Assembly: GCA_003971905.1 (NCBI GenBank)
Contig: RSEE01000085.1
Location: forward strand, 124,001-188,000
Length of the DNA: 64,000 bases
Direction: 5' to 3'
From: Moniliella sp. 'wahieum'
Lineage: Eukaryota
In this document: one piece after another, positions 37,901 to 51,865 of the stretch
Position numbering within the stretch: position 1 is the first letter of the stretch
How the letters are laid out: each line of letters opens with the position of its first letter
The notes under the pieces: model-generated
What the model was told of the DNA's origin: nothing
Seen by the model: the letters and a program-made list of their open reading frames with translations, nothing else
The model's database searches: none
Program-made: the position numbers and the translations under genes

Positions 37901-39209
37901 ACGTGCCCGCAGCGATGCGCTTCATGTTTCGTCATGCGTTGTCATTTGTTCTCGCTGCTCTTTGCTGCTCGGACATCTACTCCTTCCCTTACTTCCCTGA
38001 GTCGAACCTATTTCGCTCGTGTACTGGCCTCTGCATTCTGCGGTTATGGCCCCTCCTGCTGCACCCCTGCACAAAACTACCCTGCTTTGTGGCCTGGCCT
38101 CGGTAGATTCCCTCTCCAGTCTGGTCGTGCATGGTGAGCGCCCTGCTCAAAGCCCTTGTGCCTTTGTTGTTGGGGCGTTGTAATTCGAATCGCTAGTGCG
38201 ACGAGCATTTGTGGTGCCTCTGTAGAAGAACTGCGTTACAGCATATAGCGTCGTTGACTTCACCAGGCTGGGGCAAGATGGAATATGCGGGCTGGACTGA
38301 AGGCATCCCCTCACCTTACACAGGCAGCTTGGCTATAGCTGAGCCAGCATGAGAGATCCAGGTATTACAGATTATGATCGATCAAGAGCATCAACGCCAA
38401 GGTAGGGAACGGTTAGCTGTGTAGCCCAAAGGGCCTGCGTGTGAGAGGGACGGAATGAGAAGGTATCATTCACTCCGATCAATAATGGCCAGCAATTCGA
38501 ACTCATCAGCAAGGCAATCGTTTTTGAGTTGGCGTCTGAACAAGCGTGTTTGGGCCATGCTTTCCTACCGTCGTTGACTTGGAGAGCCTGAGGCGATCAA
38601 CGTGGTACGTTATGACCGTTTGAGCCAGCTGTTTTCGTCCCGATTCCCTCCTACCATAGTATGGTGGCCGTTGAAGCTCGCCTGTATGTCCCCTCTCCTC
38701 CTTGTTTATTTTCATCCAATCTTCCCTTTCCAGGCTTTTCGTGACTTGGATTGTGGGATCCACGTTCAAGTGAGCAAATGACTCAGATAGGGGCTAACTT
38801 CCGATGAAACAAAAGGACTACGAGCCAAGCTATTAAGATGCTCCAGGTCCACCAAAAGAATCCTTCACGTCCCGCCAAACATCGCCAGTGTGACGAACCG
38901 CCCATTGGCGTTTCCGTCAGCGCCAACCTGAATTTCAGTACCTCCCAGTCACAGTAGGAATTGTTTGAGAGGAACTCGGGAGTCCAATTTGCTTTTGACC
39001 CTCTGTCCCACTTCCCCACTCCTCGTTTTCCATCTTCACGTCGAACCAGATGTGGACCATCAAGGGGCGACGGCAGCTTTCATGCCCACCTCTCCCACCC
39101 CGGCCTGTTTCTCTCCCTTCGGCATGTTTTTGGCTTTCTGCGTCATTCCTACCGGGTGTTTGGCCGAAGCAAAGAATCCATTTCCTCGGCTCGGAAGGAC
39201 TCACGCTCA

Positions 39210-40039
39210 CCATACCCTACTGCCTGCTTACCAACCGCAAGATCCCACAAAGGCGCGCCTGTTCTTTTTCCGCTTCGTCCGAAGCAAAGAAATCCATCTC
39301 GGCCACCTCGGCCTCTTCGGTAGATGGGGCAGCGGCCGCCGGCAGCGGACGCAGACCCAACCCGACCACCACGGGCGCGGGCACCACGCCAGAGCCTCCC
39401 GCCCCGCCCCTCCGCACCCACCGACCCACCCGGACCGAGCCGGGGGCGCCGGAGCATACCCATTCGCCTCGTACAGGATCAGCTCAAAACTTGGCTGCAA
39501 ATCAGATTGTACAGCATACCTTGTCCGGGCGGTGGCGTGCCGACCAACACAGCGTGCCGCGCATTGACTGCCGACACCAATGGCGGAGGCAGCCATTCGG
39601 GCAAGGGTGATGGAGATGGAGGTTCATCCGCGCCGCTAGGTTCGGGAGCATCGGGGTCGTCGTCCATCCCCGCCTCGGTCTCACTTGCCACCGCATCACT
39701 CAACATGGCCAGCACTTGTTCTTGGCCCAGGCTGGAGGTGGAGGAGCTGCCAAGCGAAGCTTGCATCTGCCGAGGGAGGGGGCGTACGTCAGTCCAATTA
39801 CGTTTGTTCCACGTAGAGGCAGACACGTACCAATGTGCCCACTTTGCCTACTTGAGAAATGAGCACGACCAAACGGTCGGTAAAGAGCTGGCAGAGGACA
39901 TGCGTCTCCACCCCAGCCACCTGGGCCTGGACGTGACGCGTAGGGATGGCGAGCGGGGCGGAAGCAGGAAGAGACTTGATCTCAGCCGTGGGCAATGCGG
40001 GGGAAGAGTGGATGCGGCAGGCCCAGCTCCAGCAAACAT
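39210..40039 (-). CDS. Proteasome assembly chaperone 3 (PAC3/PSMG3)-like protein
   Basis: GVETHVLCQLFTDRLVVLISQVGKVGTL|MQAS, VLVGTPP..LYNLICSQV, PVVVGLGL; intron about 39768-39830. Confidence 0.65.
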
Positions 40040-40496
40040 CGTGCTGCTTCACTTGGTGCGCAAGGGAGGGGAGGAAGGGGGGCGCCAAGCGCGGTGGTGG
40101 TCAGCGGTTGACAGGCTTAGGGCCTGAAGTGGTCGGACGTCGGGACGCTGGACGCACTGCCCGCCTGAAATATTTACCTCGACTACAGCTACTACTGCGC
40201 CACTAATTAATTAACTCGCTGCATGGTGGTGCACAGGCACACACCGTAACTATAGTTTCGCTGTCCCTTAGCGACCCTCCAATCTAACCTCCTTCTCCTC
40301 CATCTGGCCTGTCGTTCAATCTCCCAAGGCCGTCGTCCGGGGCAACTATCAGATACCAAACGCCCGTATCGAGTCGCAAGTGAGGAAATATGTCCATTGG
40401 AAAGGAACCAGCATCGTGTCAAATAAGGGTCAATGGGTACCATGGAGGCGCAGCACGGTGAAGAGGCGCCGAAGAGATGGGATGTGGTCGAGCTGG

Positions 40497-41998
40497 TCAA
40501 TGGGCCCCTTTGCGGGCCCGCCTAGCACCAGCGGGTAAAGGCAGCGTGGACTGGTAGGGTCGCAGCGAATTGTAGTGTTCTCCCAGGCCGTAGGATACGC
40601 GATAATACGCAAGCTGGGCCGCTGACTTGGGGGCAAACTCCTCGCCAAACTTGAGGGAGGTGCCGGCCTGGATGACGAACACAGGGGTATGGTACGCGCG
40701 CGCCAAGGCCAAGAGTTCCGGCTGCCCCCCCCACAACGCCGTGTTCTGCACCGCATCACAATAGGATAGAAAAAATTTGCTCTGGTCGCCGCCCGCCGTC
40801 GAGCCAGCAAGATTGTTCGTGATCCCCGCCATCTTCTCGTCCGAATCCGAAATAAAAGGCATGTAGGTCTCGGGATCGGCACGCATGGTGTCCGCGGCAG
40901 CTTGCTTGTGTCCTTGAAGGTTAATAGACTCTTGCCTTCCGTTTCTTCGCCCCGATAGGGTGGCGAGCACATTCAGCTGGTCCGCCACAGCCGCGTACAA
41001 GCAGTGCCCATCCGCATCATCTCCATCTCCACCACTCTCGACTTGCAGATCCTTACATGCCTGATCGATTTCCCGCCGCTCCTTTCCAACTTGCTCGCTA
41101 TGGGCACGGTCAGTTTTGCTGGCTGTGGGGGCGGGTCTTCTCGCCCGAGGGCCGGGCGGACGAAGCGCGGGTGGATGGCCTCTCGCCTTGTGCCTGGACC
41201 GTGAGCGGCGATGAAATGCCCTCCGGTGGTGGCCGCTCGAGTGGGACCTTGCGAAGCGCGGGGGGGCGCCATCGTTCTGCAATCGTCTCGACTGGATGCG
41301 TGGGTTGGCAGCCACATGGTTGGGAGCGGAACGTTGAAGCTGGCCGGGGCGCGCAGAGACAAATGGCGCAAGGGAGAGCGAGCCTTGCGGGACGCGGCCG
41401 ACATGCCCGGGTCCCAGGACTTGCGCGCACTGTTCTTCTTCGAGCTGGTCCGCCTTATCAAGCAGGCTGTAGGTCGGTGCGGATTCTAAGGATGGCCTGG
41501 GCCCGTTGTGGCGCGGGAATTAGGAACAGGGGTAGTGAAGCGGGAGGGGCTGTTGCTGGGCTCGGAGAGTCCTGGGTGGGACGAGCGCGCGGGATATGAA
41601 GGTGGCGGAAAGATTCGATGAGGTGGGAGAGACGGCGCTGGGCGTACCGGCGGGGGGAGCGAGATGGGTCGGGCGAGGGGGATGGACTCGGCGTCGGGCT
41701 GGCGCAGATGGGCAGTAGTCGGGGTTGGGGGAGTGGCACGAGGGCCGGAGAGCAAGTCGCCGCCAACGGAAATGGCAGAGATGGCTTCGCCGCTGGGGCG
41801 GATACTGCCGCTGGGCACGGCCATTGGAGGCGGAGAAGGAGACGGAGGGGCTGTGTGAGCGTTCGGCGGCGAAGGAGGTGAGGAGTTGGTCGGCAAGAGT
41901 GAAGGAGGTGCGGGCGGTGGTGGGGGGGCCGCTGGGCGGGAGGCGGGAGGGGGTGCACTGGGCGGGCGTTGGGACGGGGGGTATGGCGCAGAGGGCAT
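40497..41998 (-). CDS. OTU2: OTU-domain deubiquitinase (Otu2/OTUD6-like)
   Basis: DGHCLYAAVADQL, WGGQPELLALA, YYRVSYGLGEHYNSLRP; Pro-rich N-terminus; frameshifts. Confidence 0.85.
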
Positions 41999-43889
41999 GG
42001 TGGTGGTGGGCGAAGGGGAGGCGAGGCGCGCGCGCGGGCGGGGGCGGGGGATGCAAGGACAGGAACACGACAAGACGACGGCGAGGAGTGATGACAAGGC
42101 GCAGGTGTGTCGGGTGGTTTGGAAACGGCGGGCTGGATGGGCGACCCGGGGGCCAGCCCGGCTGAGCACGGCGGAGCACCGCGGGTGTGCGTCACTAATC
42201 GATAATCACTGCATCCGTCATCTTCATTGGCTGTCATGCTGATTGCGTCTGGGATTGGGATCTGACGCTGCGCTCTGACAAGGTGACATGCATGACATGC
42301 CCCCCTCTGCCGCCCCACGCCGCCCCCGCGTGCGTTACTCGGCCGCCGCCGCCGCAATGCATGATGCTGATCATCGATCATCGATCATCCCGCCTGCGCT
42401 GTGTCCCGTTCATCTGGTTTCGTCAGCGCCCTCGACATGCCATCTCGTCCTCGCCCCCCCCACCCGTCCATCCATCCTCCCGAGCGCTTCCAGCATCGAG
42501 GAGGCCATCCAGCATCCAGCATCGCTTACCAACCACCTGGCTCTTACATCCATCGCTTCCAACCCCAAACAGCCGTGTGGTGGAATAGAGGCCCCGTAGG
42601 TGTTCGCCTTCGCGCTTGCGTCCGTTCCTGTTATTGCTGCCGCTGCCCCCCCCCCCCCCCCCACCAAGGTACCGTGTGCCTCCCGCTTGGGTCGCTGCCA
42701 TGCCGAACGACCCCCAAAGATCCGTGTCCCTGGCATGCAATTAGCCAGCGCCACCACCCATGTTCTGGCAATCAGGTATGACGTTCCAATAACTACCATG
42801 GTAACCCCCGTTGTTTGCGCTCTCCTCCGCGGCTACCTCTGCACGCCCAACAGGACCACACCCAAAACACTGAGACTCTCTCCCCGACCAAAAGAAGTGT
42901 TGATCACACACCGTGCCTTTTTGCTTTCCTACCAGTTCCTTTTGATTTTTCTCCCGATATTTGTGCTTGTGATGCATATACCTGCCTGAACTCGTCACAC
43001 ATCGCTATTGGCTGATGCTCTTGCACTTTCGACTCGTTAGCGCTGCTTCCTTTGTCCTATGTCAGAGACTCTCGGTCACCTTTGCTTGGGGAGCTATCTC
43101 GCGTCCTGCCGGTGACTCTCCCTTTGCCAGCAACAACATTAACACCCCTGCCCTAAACGTCGCTTCCCTCAGGCAAAGGAGGAGGGTCCAACTAAACTGT
43201 GACCGAACACACGCCAGGATCCGGTTGTGCGGCCGGTCGTCTGGTCCGCGTCGACGGCTTACTGGTCCAATTGCCCCGTCATTGAAGCCCGTCGCGGGCC
43301 ACATCATTTTCCTTCCAGGTTGGGACTGCGATTATAGGTTGCCGTCACGGACTTTACTTACTCCTCCCCTGGCGCCGGTGGGTTGCAGAGTTACTGTGGT
43401 CGACCAGGGGTCCGGTAATGCCCTGTGCCGGGCACCACTACGTGTAATCTCTCTCTCTTTACCACACGGTCAAAAGCGCGATTGGATCCTAGAACGTGCC
43501 ACCCTGGATCTATGACAATAGCTGCGTCTCGTCCGTGTTAACCCTTTACCTATACCTTTACCAGACGAGGCGCGAAGAGTCCCTCTGGGACACAAGTGAC
43601 TTTGTCATGTTCCTTCCAAAAGGCAGGTGAGGGGCCCACAACTTGGGCTGGAACGGTTTGGTGTTCATACTGCTTCTATTATGAGGCGCAATGCTACGCT
43701 TTCCAGACAGACGCTTCGTCCATGTGTGGGGTTTTCTCTTCTCATCACCCTCCTTTTTGTCCCCACTTACTTCACGAAACTGGACCGGACAACGCCCCAA
43801 ACGCCTTGCTAAAAGTACTATCCATGGGGATTTCAAGGTGTTGGCAGCAGAGGGTGCCCCAATCAACCACTTTCCTCAAAAAAACTTAA

Positions 43890-43985
43890 TGACCCCTACC
43901 CGATTTGAACGGATGACCTTGAGGATACCTTGTCGGTCATGACGGCAAACTGGAATCTCACGCGCTACCGCTGCGCCAAGAGGCC
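43890..43985 (-). tRNA. tRNA-Trp(CCA) with intron
   Basis: GGCCTCTTGGCGCAGCGGTAGCGCG TGAGA TT CCA G[intron]..CTCA AGGTC ATCCGTTCAAATCGGGT AGGGGTC A; T-run terminator. Confidence 0.92.
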
Positions 43986-44336
43986 TTATGGGTGACGTCA
44001 CCCGCCATACACACTTACTGTACTTACTGTCTATGAATGAGAAGGATGCATCTTGTCTTGCGCGAAGCGTGCGAGAACTACGGGACTGTAACGACGAGGA
44101 GCTCAGGCAGGATATATCAAACGATAGTCTAAACACCGTGTGGTGTGGGTCGTGGGGGGGGGGGAAGGGAGCCCAAAGAAGAGAGTGAACCTAGTGATGC
44201 AGAAATGTATCGTTCCCAGGAGGTTAAGTTAACTGTTGAGGGTTGAGGTGACGCAGCGATGAAACCAAGGAAATTCAAGTGAGGCCCATTGCCCACAGCC
44301 TCCGAGAGCGGCGAGATACACCAAACCGACCGTTTC

Positions 44337-46927
44337 TCAAGCACAGGAGTAGCTCTGGTGGGCATGCTTGCCCCTTGTGGGACCGCTGTGGTACGTGGCC
44401 CGTTGTGGATAGGGGCACAGTTTGCGCGTCAGGCGCACCCCCCACGAGTAGCGCTCGTACCAGGTCGGGGGGGATCCTGCCGTCTGACCAGCGAGCGTGG
44501 CATAGCCCGCCGCCACTTGGTAGTGCGGGACGTACTTGCTGCCCTTTTCCGACCACGCCACAAGCCGAAGGAGCACGTCGTGCTCTGTGTCCCACCGTAG
44601 TGGACGGTTGCCCGGATCGTTCTGGGTGGGCGAGCCAAAGTGCCAAGCACCATCGCCATCGCGACAGTGCAACATACCAGGCACCTCAAAGTACCGGTAG
44701 CTTTTGGAAACGTCGCCGGATGGGTGGGTTGAATGGGCATGGACTCCCTCAAAGTACTCGCGCGACGCGAGCGGGGAGATGGTTAGATCGGCGAGACCGT
44801 GGGTCATAATCAACTTGCGATGCTTGTCCGCAAAGAAAGGGGTCAAGTCCTGATGAGACACGTCCAACGCCAAAGGTGTTAAGACTCGAGCATCGCCAAA
44901 CAAACAGGAGAGGGTACGAGCAGAGGGACACTTACTTGAACATCCGCATTGCTTCCTCCCACGTTTTTCTTCTGACCCATCTCCATCTTCCCACGTCAGA
45001 TTGGCGTAGGCGTCCCAGGAATACTGATCCTGCTTGGCCCACTCAAATACAGCGAGTTCAAACCAATGAATGGCCTTGGCCGCTGAGCCCGTCGCTGTGG
45101 CCACAGCACGCTCACTCCCAGGCAGATAGGCCGGATAGACCGTCACGTTTTTACCCTGGCTGGTATGGTACCACAGCTGGCTGAAAGAGGCGTTCAAGAT
45201 TGGTCACCTGGGCCAAGGTGAGGCACTGGTCGGGGTCTTGTCCAAACAGCGATGAGGGGTAAGAGGTGCCGTTGGAAGCGCACAGCAGATCTTCTTAAGG
45301 TCAAGGGTGTGTTGAGCGCAAAGCTCATCAACGACAATGCCCTCGTCGTTTCCGCATTGCTTGAGTACTGTAGCGTGCAGCGCGGCCCAAACCTGAGGCA
45401 TATGAATGGTTGCCTGGCCGGCAAACGCTTGATGAAACACAGATTGCACATGAATCTGACCGGCGTTCATCCGATTGAACGAATAGCGGGTGATCCAGCA
45501 TAGATGCCATCCACGTCTCCTGGGTACACCTGGGCCGAAGCAAGCGCGTTGCGACCTCCCACACTGCATCCGGCAAAATAGGTGCGTACACGTTGACTTT
45601 GGGGGTGCGCCGGCTTCGAGGGGGAAGTCCCGCCCCTGACACCAGCCCGTGACCCGTAAAAGTAATCTACACTGGCCCGAGCCAATTCGATGGTGACGTG
45701 CGAAGCACGAGAGGTCCAGTCCTTTGCCAATTCTTCCCGATGCTGAGAGGAGCCAGTCATCCAAGTAACGCCATTGGTGTTGGAAAGTGCCCGGTGGTCG
45801 TACCGGCGGTAACAAAGCGGTGACGAGAGAGTTGTTGGGCCATATCGGGCCATGGCACCCACCCCCGTTGTCCGCCATTGGCCAAGAACAGGATCCTTCC
45901 ATTCCAAGCCGTCGATTCGCCGTTGCCAAACACCTTGTCTCCAGTCAAAACTGGGGGTCGAGAGGAGGAGCGAGAGGCAGAGTGGCGAGCATGCACGTTC
46001 CTCTTCCGTTCTGCTTGTCCATTCATCAGTTGCTCAATGTTCGCCCACGCGTTCTTAATGCTGCCACGGACCAGGCTGCTGGGAATGGATTCTTGGTTGG
46101 GCGGGCTCTTGTCGTACTGAAACGTGGTTGCGGGGTCATCTTGGTCGTACACGGTGCGATTCCCATATAGACTTTGCCAATTCGGACGCAAAAAGTCGCC
46201 TTATCCACGGCAAACTCGATGGGCGTAGAGTCGGTGGGGTAGTCAAACGTGTTGATGGGAGCCAAGGGGTAGAAGCCTTGATTCCCACTGGAATGGCCAT
46301 AGGCAAAACCGTCGGCCAGGGGGAGCCATACTTCCGACAGTACCGTGGTCGACTGAGAAGTGCGAATGTTGGCGCCCAACCTATAGAGCACAGAGAGGAT
46401 CGTCAGTCGAGAGCCGCAATGTAATAACAGCACATTTTTTCTCGTCCATATCATGTACGTACCGACAGAACGGGCAGGCCACCCAGAGGGCCATGGTTAG
46501 TCACGTTGAGGTTTTGGCCGTTGCGACCATACCCAGCCTCGGCAGTAAGGTCAATGTCGGGACCCACGCCGGGAGAATGGTGTTGGGGTCCACGTCGTCT
46601 GGGATCCATCCACTGGGGTAGGTACTGGTGAGGAGCTCGAGGGATGGATGCGAGCCAGCATCGTACCAGTGGGAAAAGGCCGACTCAACATTCAACGAAG
46701 CAGGTGAGCCGCAGCTTGGAGCTGGAGGGGCAGCATTTCACAGAGGGCGCGTGCGGCGAGGCGGTGGTGGGGCGGATTGGGCCGAGGCGAGAGGCTGATG
46801 AGGAGGCAGCCACGGAGGAATGCGAGGCGTGATGGGGCAAGGCAGCGCTACAGCCTGGGGTAGGGGCGAAGAGGACGGTGAAGGCGACCACCAAGCTGGC
46901 GGGGGTCATGATGGCGAATGTGCGCAT
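44337..46927 (-). CDS. Secreted tannase/feruloyl esterase family protein
   Basis: Signal peptide MRTFAIMTPASLVVAFTVLFA; EVWLP..WNGRILFLANGG; YFAGCSVGGR; DGIYAGSPA; HGLADLTISP; VPGMLHC; RKLCPYPQRATY (CS-D-HC motif). Confidence 0.92.
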
Positions 46928-48229
46928 TTTGTATGTGGGCACTGCAAAACAAGCCGCTGTTGGCCACAAGAGATGTACTGCTGCTGGCAATCGAAAGAGA
47001 GTGGAGAGGGGTAAAGAAGGTGTGGTGTCGAAGGGGAGTGAAGCACGGGAAGGTGGAGGCGGCCAGCGCTCGGATGGAGCGGGGCGAGGGAGGCAAGGAG
47101 GTGGGTTGGCGTGGGGCGGGAGAGGGGCTGCGGACAGATATATGCCAGCCCCAGCGACGTCTGCGTAGGTAGATCGTCTGTGCATGTCTTGCAGCTTGCG
47201 TTCCTGCATCTCTGCGCCTGCACGCTGCAGCAGCACCCTGGGTGGACCCTGCTGGTCGGTGACAATGGACCGCTGATTGGTGGGATCAGCCTCCTGGCAG
47301 AGACACCCACCTATAACACAGCCATCCAAACACCTGTATGTACGCCCCGCCTCTCTCCCAGCCCCCCAGTACGCCCAGCGGCTTCTCGGCGTCTCGCTCA
47401 CCGCCAGCATTCCCGGAGGGTACACTATGCAGAAGCCCACGCACGAACATCCAACGTCCCCCTTGTCGATTATGCGAGCATTCCCCCCGCCCCACCGGCC
47501 ACGCCTGCCCCGCCTTGCTGCCCTTCGGAGGCGGCGAGCCTTTGTTTTCCCGTCTCAGAGGCCGACACGTGACAACGAATCATGCTGCTGCTTCAACATT
47601 GAAATCCACTCCTGGCCTTCCAGCCTCAGCGGCTCAGCAGCTTTGAGCACACCGATCATGTCATCCATCCTCTGATCCACGATGCATGATGGTGTCGCAA
47701 CCCTGCGGCTTCCCGCGGCTTCCCTGCCTTCCCCCTTTGTTTCTCGCTTGAAGCTCGAAGCTTGAGCGAACAATAGGCGATGGAACAAGCTCCTGCCACT
47801 GTCCTGGGAGACATGCCAGGCTTCAGATCAGCACCGCCGGCTCTCCAATCCCGCCGTCTATCCCGCTGCCTATCCTGCCGCCTGCCCAAAGGATGCGGAT
47901 GCACTCTCGTCAATATTCAAACGTAAAGAGAGGTACGTGGCATGTGTTTGAGCTGGTGTCCACATCTGGATGCAGAGGTGTCTATAAATCCGAGTTGGAA
48001 TCTCCGAGTTGAACGTGCCTACCAGGTCGCCAGTCATGCATCATGCCGTCTTGCAGCTTACTGCAGATCCCCCGTTGCGAATCATGGATTCCGTTAACAA
48101 AGCTCAAAGGCTCTAAACGTAAAGGGAGCTGGCGCAGGTGAACTATGATGTGCCGCCACCATAGCTTGACCGAAAAGAGGGTGTAATGGAGCCCGCCAAA
48201 TAGCTAGCGCAGGCCCCACGCGGCCGCCT

Positions 48230-48503
48230 TTACTTGCCCTTCTTTTGTTTTGCGAGTCGTCTCCGCCCTCCGCAAGTCGTGCAGCCTTGGCCTGATTACA
48301 AAGAAAGCGAGTCAGTACGAAAACGAGAAGGGCAGAGGAGCAACGGATGCACATACCGCCATCTTTTGGCGAACAATTTCGGCATCCTGTTCGCGGCGCT
48401 GGGCAAGCGAGGTAGCAGATTGCTTCGGCTTGCCCTTGTTGGCATCTGCTGCCTTCTTTTGGGCCTTGGCACGGTCCTTCTCACGCTGGTTCCCCCGCGA
48501 CAT
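48230..48503 (-). CDS. SERF/4F5 small EDRK-rich factor
   Basis: MSRGNQREKDRAKAQKK..QRREQDAEIVRQK; GTATGT..CAG intron about 48292-48356. Confidence 0.9.
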
Positions 48504-48769
48504 GCCTGCAAGTGGTGCTGCTCACGCGGAGAAGAGGTGAAGCGATGGTAGATGTAAAAAGGTTGAATGGCGCAAGAGAGCCCTCCTGTGGAATGGCAGC
48601 GACGGCGGCACCTGTTCCGCCCGCGGAATTGTCCTGTCACTTTAATGCATGCGCCAGCTGCATCATTTACGTTTGGCCAAGAGAACGTCCATTTCATTGG
48701 CAGACTTAAGAAGGCTGGGACAGGGGGAACGCTACGTCTAAACCTAACCGTTCATCTTGCGGGGGTTAC

Positions 48770-50050
48770 TTAGGGGCGCCACCAGGGTCAAGGAACCAGG
48801 GGGATCGCCAGGATATCAGGACCCTCCGGCTCATGCCATCCGGTCCCGTACCCTAGGAAGCGCGTATGGACACGGAGGAACGTGGTTGACATCCGAGCGA
48901 GGAACCATTTCCACTGAGACTTAGTAGCCAACTCCTTCCAATGCGCAAACAACTTGCTCGCCGTCTTGGTGCCGTAGTATCCTCGCGTCGTCAAAACCAG
49001 GGGGAAAAACGTCTCTTGAGTGCGTCCCTGGTACTTGGCGTTCTTCTCGCATTCTGCTTGTTCAAGCATCCGAAGCAGCTCCTTCTCCCGGCGTTCCAAG
49101 GGGGTTGCGGTGCTCGCGTGCACCACCCTCCGGAACGCGCTCTGCGCTGCCAGTGATCCCGTGTCGCGCGCGTGGTCGACCTCCATTCCTGATCCTCCCA
49201 GTGCTCCGGGTCCCATCACGCGGTAGTCAGTGCGCTGTGTCCTCTGTCTCCGGCCATCCTCGTCCTCCACCATTGGTTCGTTGTGGACATGGGTGTCGGG
49301 AATGGAGCGTAGGAGCTGGAGAATGGGCTCCCGCACTGCGTCGCCAAGAGTATACGTTGAAGGGGGCATTGCTTCACTGGATTTACTCCGTCGCCGACTC
49401 TATCGCACTCTTTCCGCGCCATGTCCAAGTACGGGCCACTTCGTTGCGTACTCCTGGCCCAGCTGTATCGTGATCCGTTTTCTGCACGGCAGACGCAATC
49501 CCGACCTGGTCATGTGCCGCAAGATGGCCGGGGTATCAGTTAGGCGCGGTTGTACGAAAAAGTGCGACGGCAGGTGCCCCATTTTGCCATTTGTTGGTTC
49601 GCCCCTCGGATGCCGCGCATACCTGCGACGAATGCAGTTTTGGCACGTACGCAGGTCGATGTCTGATTTATGGCTCAGCTACCGGTTGGATGAAGCGGCC
49701 AGAATCCTAGTAGGAAGTGCTTGGTGAAAGAAAGATACAACGTACGGGCGGCAATGGGGGTGGGAACAGAGTACACTCTTTGATAATACAGGCGAGACTG
49801 ACCAAAGTGCCAATACCGCTATACTGGGGCGTCCTCGGCCGCTTACAACAGATGGATCTGGCTCTGGTCCAGGCTCGAGTTTTTTTGCGAGGGAAACCTG
49901 TCTGTCGTCCATGCGGGAGTGTGTAGAAATGGAAGAAGGATCGACGGCTGAGGGAGGCACTGGGGGCGGGAGGACCCTTCTCAACGATGGAGCGCCAGAC
50001 CGACCTACCAGCAGATCGCTGTGGCAGTGACTTATGTTGGCCGACGGTGC
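48770..50050 (-). mobile_element. 5'-truncated, decayed non-LTR retrotransposon with restriction-like endonuclease (CRE/Cnl1/MoTeR-like)
   Basis: ORF 48788-49369 shows the RLE motif order: (RH)DAVR-like, EP, RTD..MEVD, EKNAKY, FFPLVLTTRG; upstream frames are broken; no complete RT. Confidence 0.65.
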
Positions 50051-50267
50051 CCACCTAGTAGGTAGTGGCAGAGGAGGCTGGTGAGCCTGCACAGATAAAC
50101 AGGAATTGCAATGTTGCAATCCGTACGCGGCAGCTGCTGGAGCCTGCAACCTGGGATCGTCTTACCTAAGGCCTAGCATCCCAGACGCCTTGCTCGTCGC
50201 CACTAATGAGTTCGTTGCCCAATCGCCGTCTGTCCCGATCCGACCTCGTTCGCGCCACGCCTCCGCC

Positions 50268-51721
50268 ATGTCGCTGCCGTCCTGGTCGGATATCTTTGAC
50301 GCTGTCCAGTATGGTGTGTTTCCCTTGGTCTGCGCTGCTCCACTGACGGGGACCCTGTGTTCCCCCTTCCCCCCCCCCCTTTGTGCCCCAGACGCCTCCC
50401 CCAGCCCTCCCGAACTGCCTGGCTGGGACACGCATGAACAAGACGTAGCCGACTTTGGGCCGACGGCGTTGGACGACGATACGGCCGTGCTCCGATGTCC
50501 AACCTGCTCCCGTCTTATGCTGCCTGAAGCCACTTCTTTTCATCAGAGTTCGTATCTTGTCTTCCTCGATGCCTGTGCCCAGCATTCCTGACCCGCCTTG
50601 TCCGCACAGAAAACTGCCGTCTCGTATTGGACATCAAGGAAGCCAAGACGCCCAGTTCGGTGCTCGAAGCAATCGTTCCCAAAGTCGAGATCCGTAGGTT
50701 GCTTCCCCATGATCTTTTGTGGTATAGGCTGACCTCTTCGATGCAGCCGACGTTGCCACGGACGATGACGACGAGGACGACAAGCCTCTCTTCTCCGGTA
50801 CGCCAACCAAAAAGCGCAAGCTAGAGGCAAACGGAGATGACAAATCTTCTAAGAAAACCAAAGCGCTCCCTGTCCGAGCCCACAAGGGTGCGTTGCTTCC
50901 CCCGATTGCTCAGTATTCAGTATAAACTTACCTCGCTCTGTTTACGCTCAGGCCCTGTGGACGTGGACCGGCATTGTGGTGTGATTGGAGACAAGGGCCC
51001 CTGTTTGCGCAGCTTGACGTGCAAGTCGCATAGCATGGGGGCCAAACGAGCTGTACCGGGGCGAAGTGCGCCTTATGACGAACTCTTGCTCAATTGGCAA
51101 AAAGCCACCAACCCCGCATTTGCGGCCAAGCAGGAGGAGAAGGAGCGTGCTGCAGCGGCTGCCACTGCAGCCCGTGCTGCCGCGGCGGCAGAGAAGGCGT
51201 TGAAGAAAAAGCAGAAGAAGGCAGAACAAGCGGCAGCAGCAGCAGCAGCCAAAGCAGCCGCCCAGGTCCAGGCTGACGCCGACGCTTGGGAACGAGAACA
51301 TGGCGCGAACAATGCCTCGTTTGGTCCTGGCTCACGCGACCCTAATGATCCTGATGCCGACATGTTTGCCTCGGGAGCCAAAGATGCCGAGGTGGACGCA
51401 GAATTATCGGCTGTTTTGACTGCATTGCGTCGCTCCGCCCAGGCTCCACGGGCAACGTGTATGCCCTTGGCTGCCCGTCCCCAGTCGGCGGCGTTTGTGT
51501 CCCGTTCGCACGATCTGCTTCAGTACCGCACCCTCATTGCTCATGCGCTCCGTGGCCGAGCCGGGCCAGCCAGTTCGTCTGCGTCATTAGGCGCCCAAAT
51601 GGGACGGGCACTGAATGGCCATCCAGCCCGTTTCGGGTCAGGACGGGGCGGCGCAACGGTCAATCGCCGCTCCTCCCTCGCCAGCCTGGGCGCCAACGGT
51701 ACGCAGAAGGGCTACCCATGA
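50268..51721 (+). CDS. SGF73: SAGA DUB-module subunit Sgf73 / ataxin-7
   Basis: N-terminal Zn[15 protein letters not shown](E)NC; SCA7 domain [43 protein letters not shown]; several introns. Confidence 0.92.
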
Positions 51722-51865
51722 ACAAACATTTTCTTTCTAGTCATCCGCATGCTTCCTCCTGCTCATGTCATGTACGCATTGGCAGGTGCATCTATCCTAG
51801 TCATTTTTACTACACCACCCTCCTAGTATACAAGGAGAACATCCATATAGCAAGCTATCCCAAGC

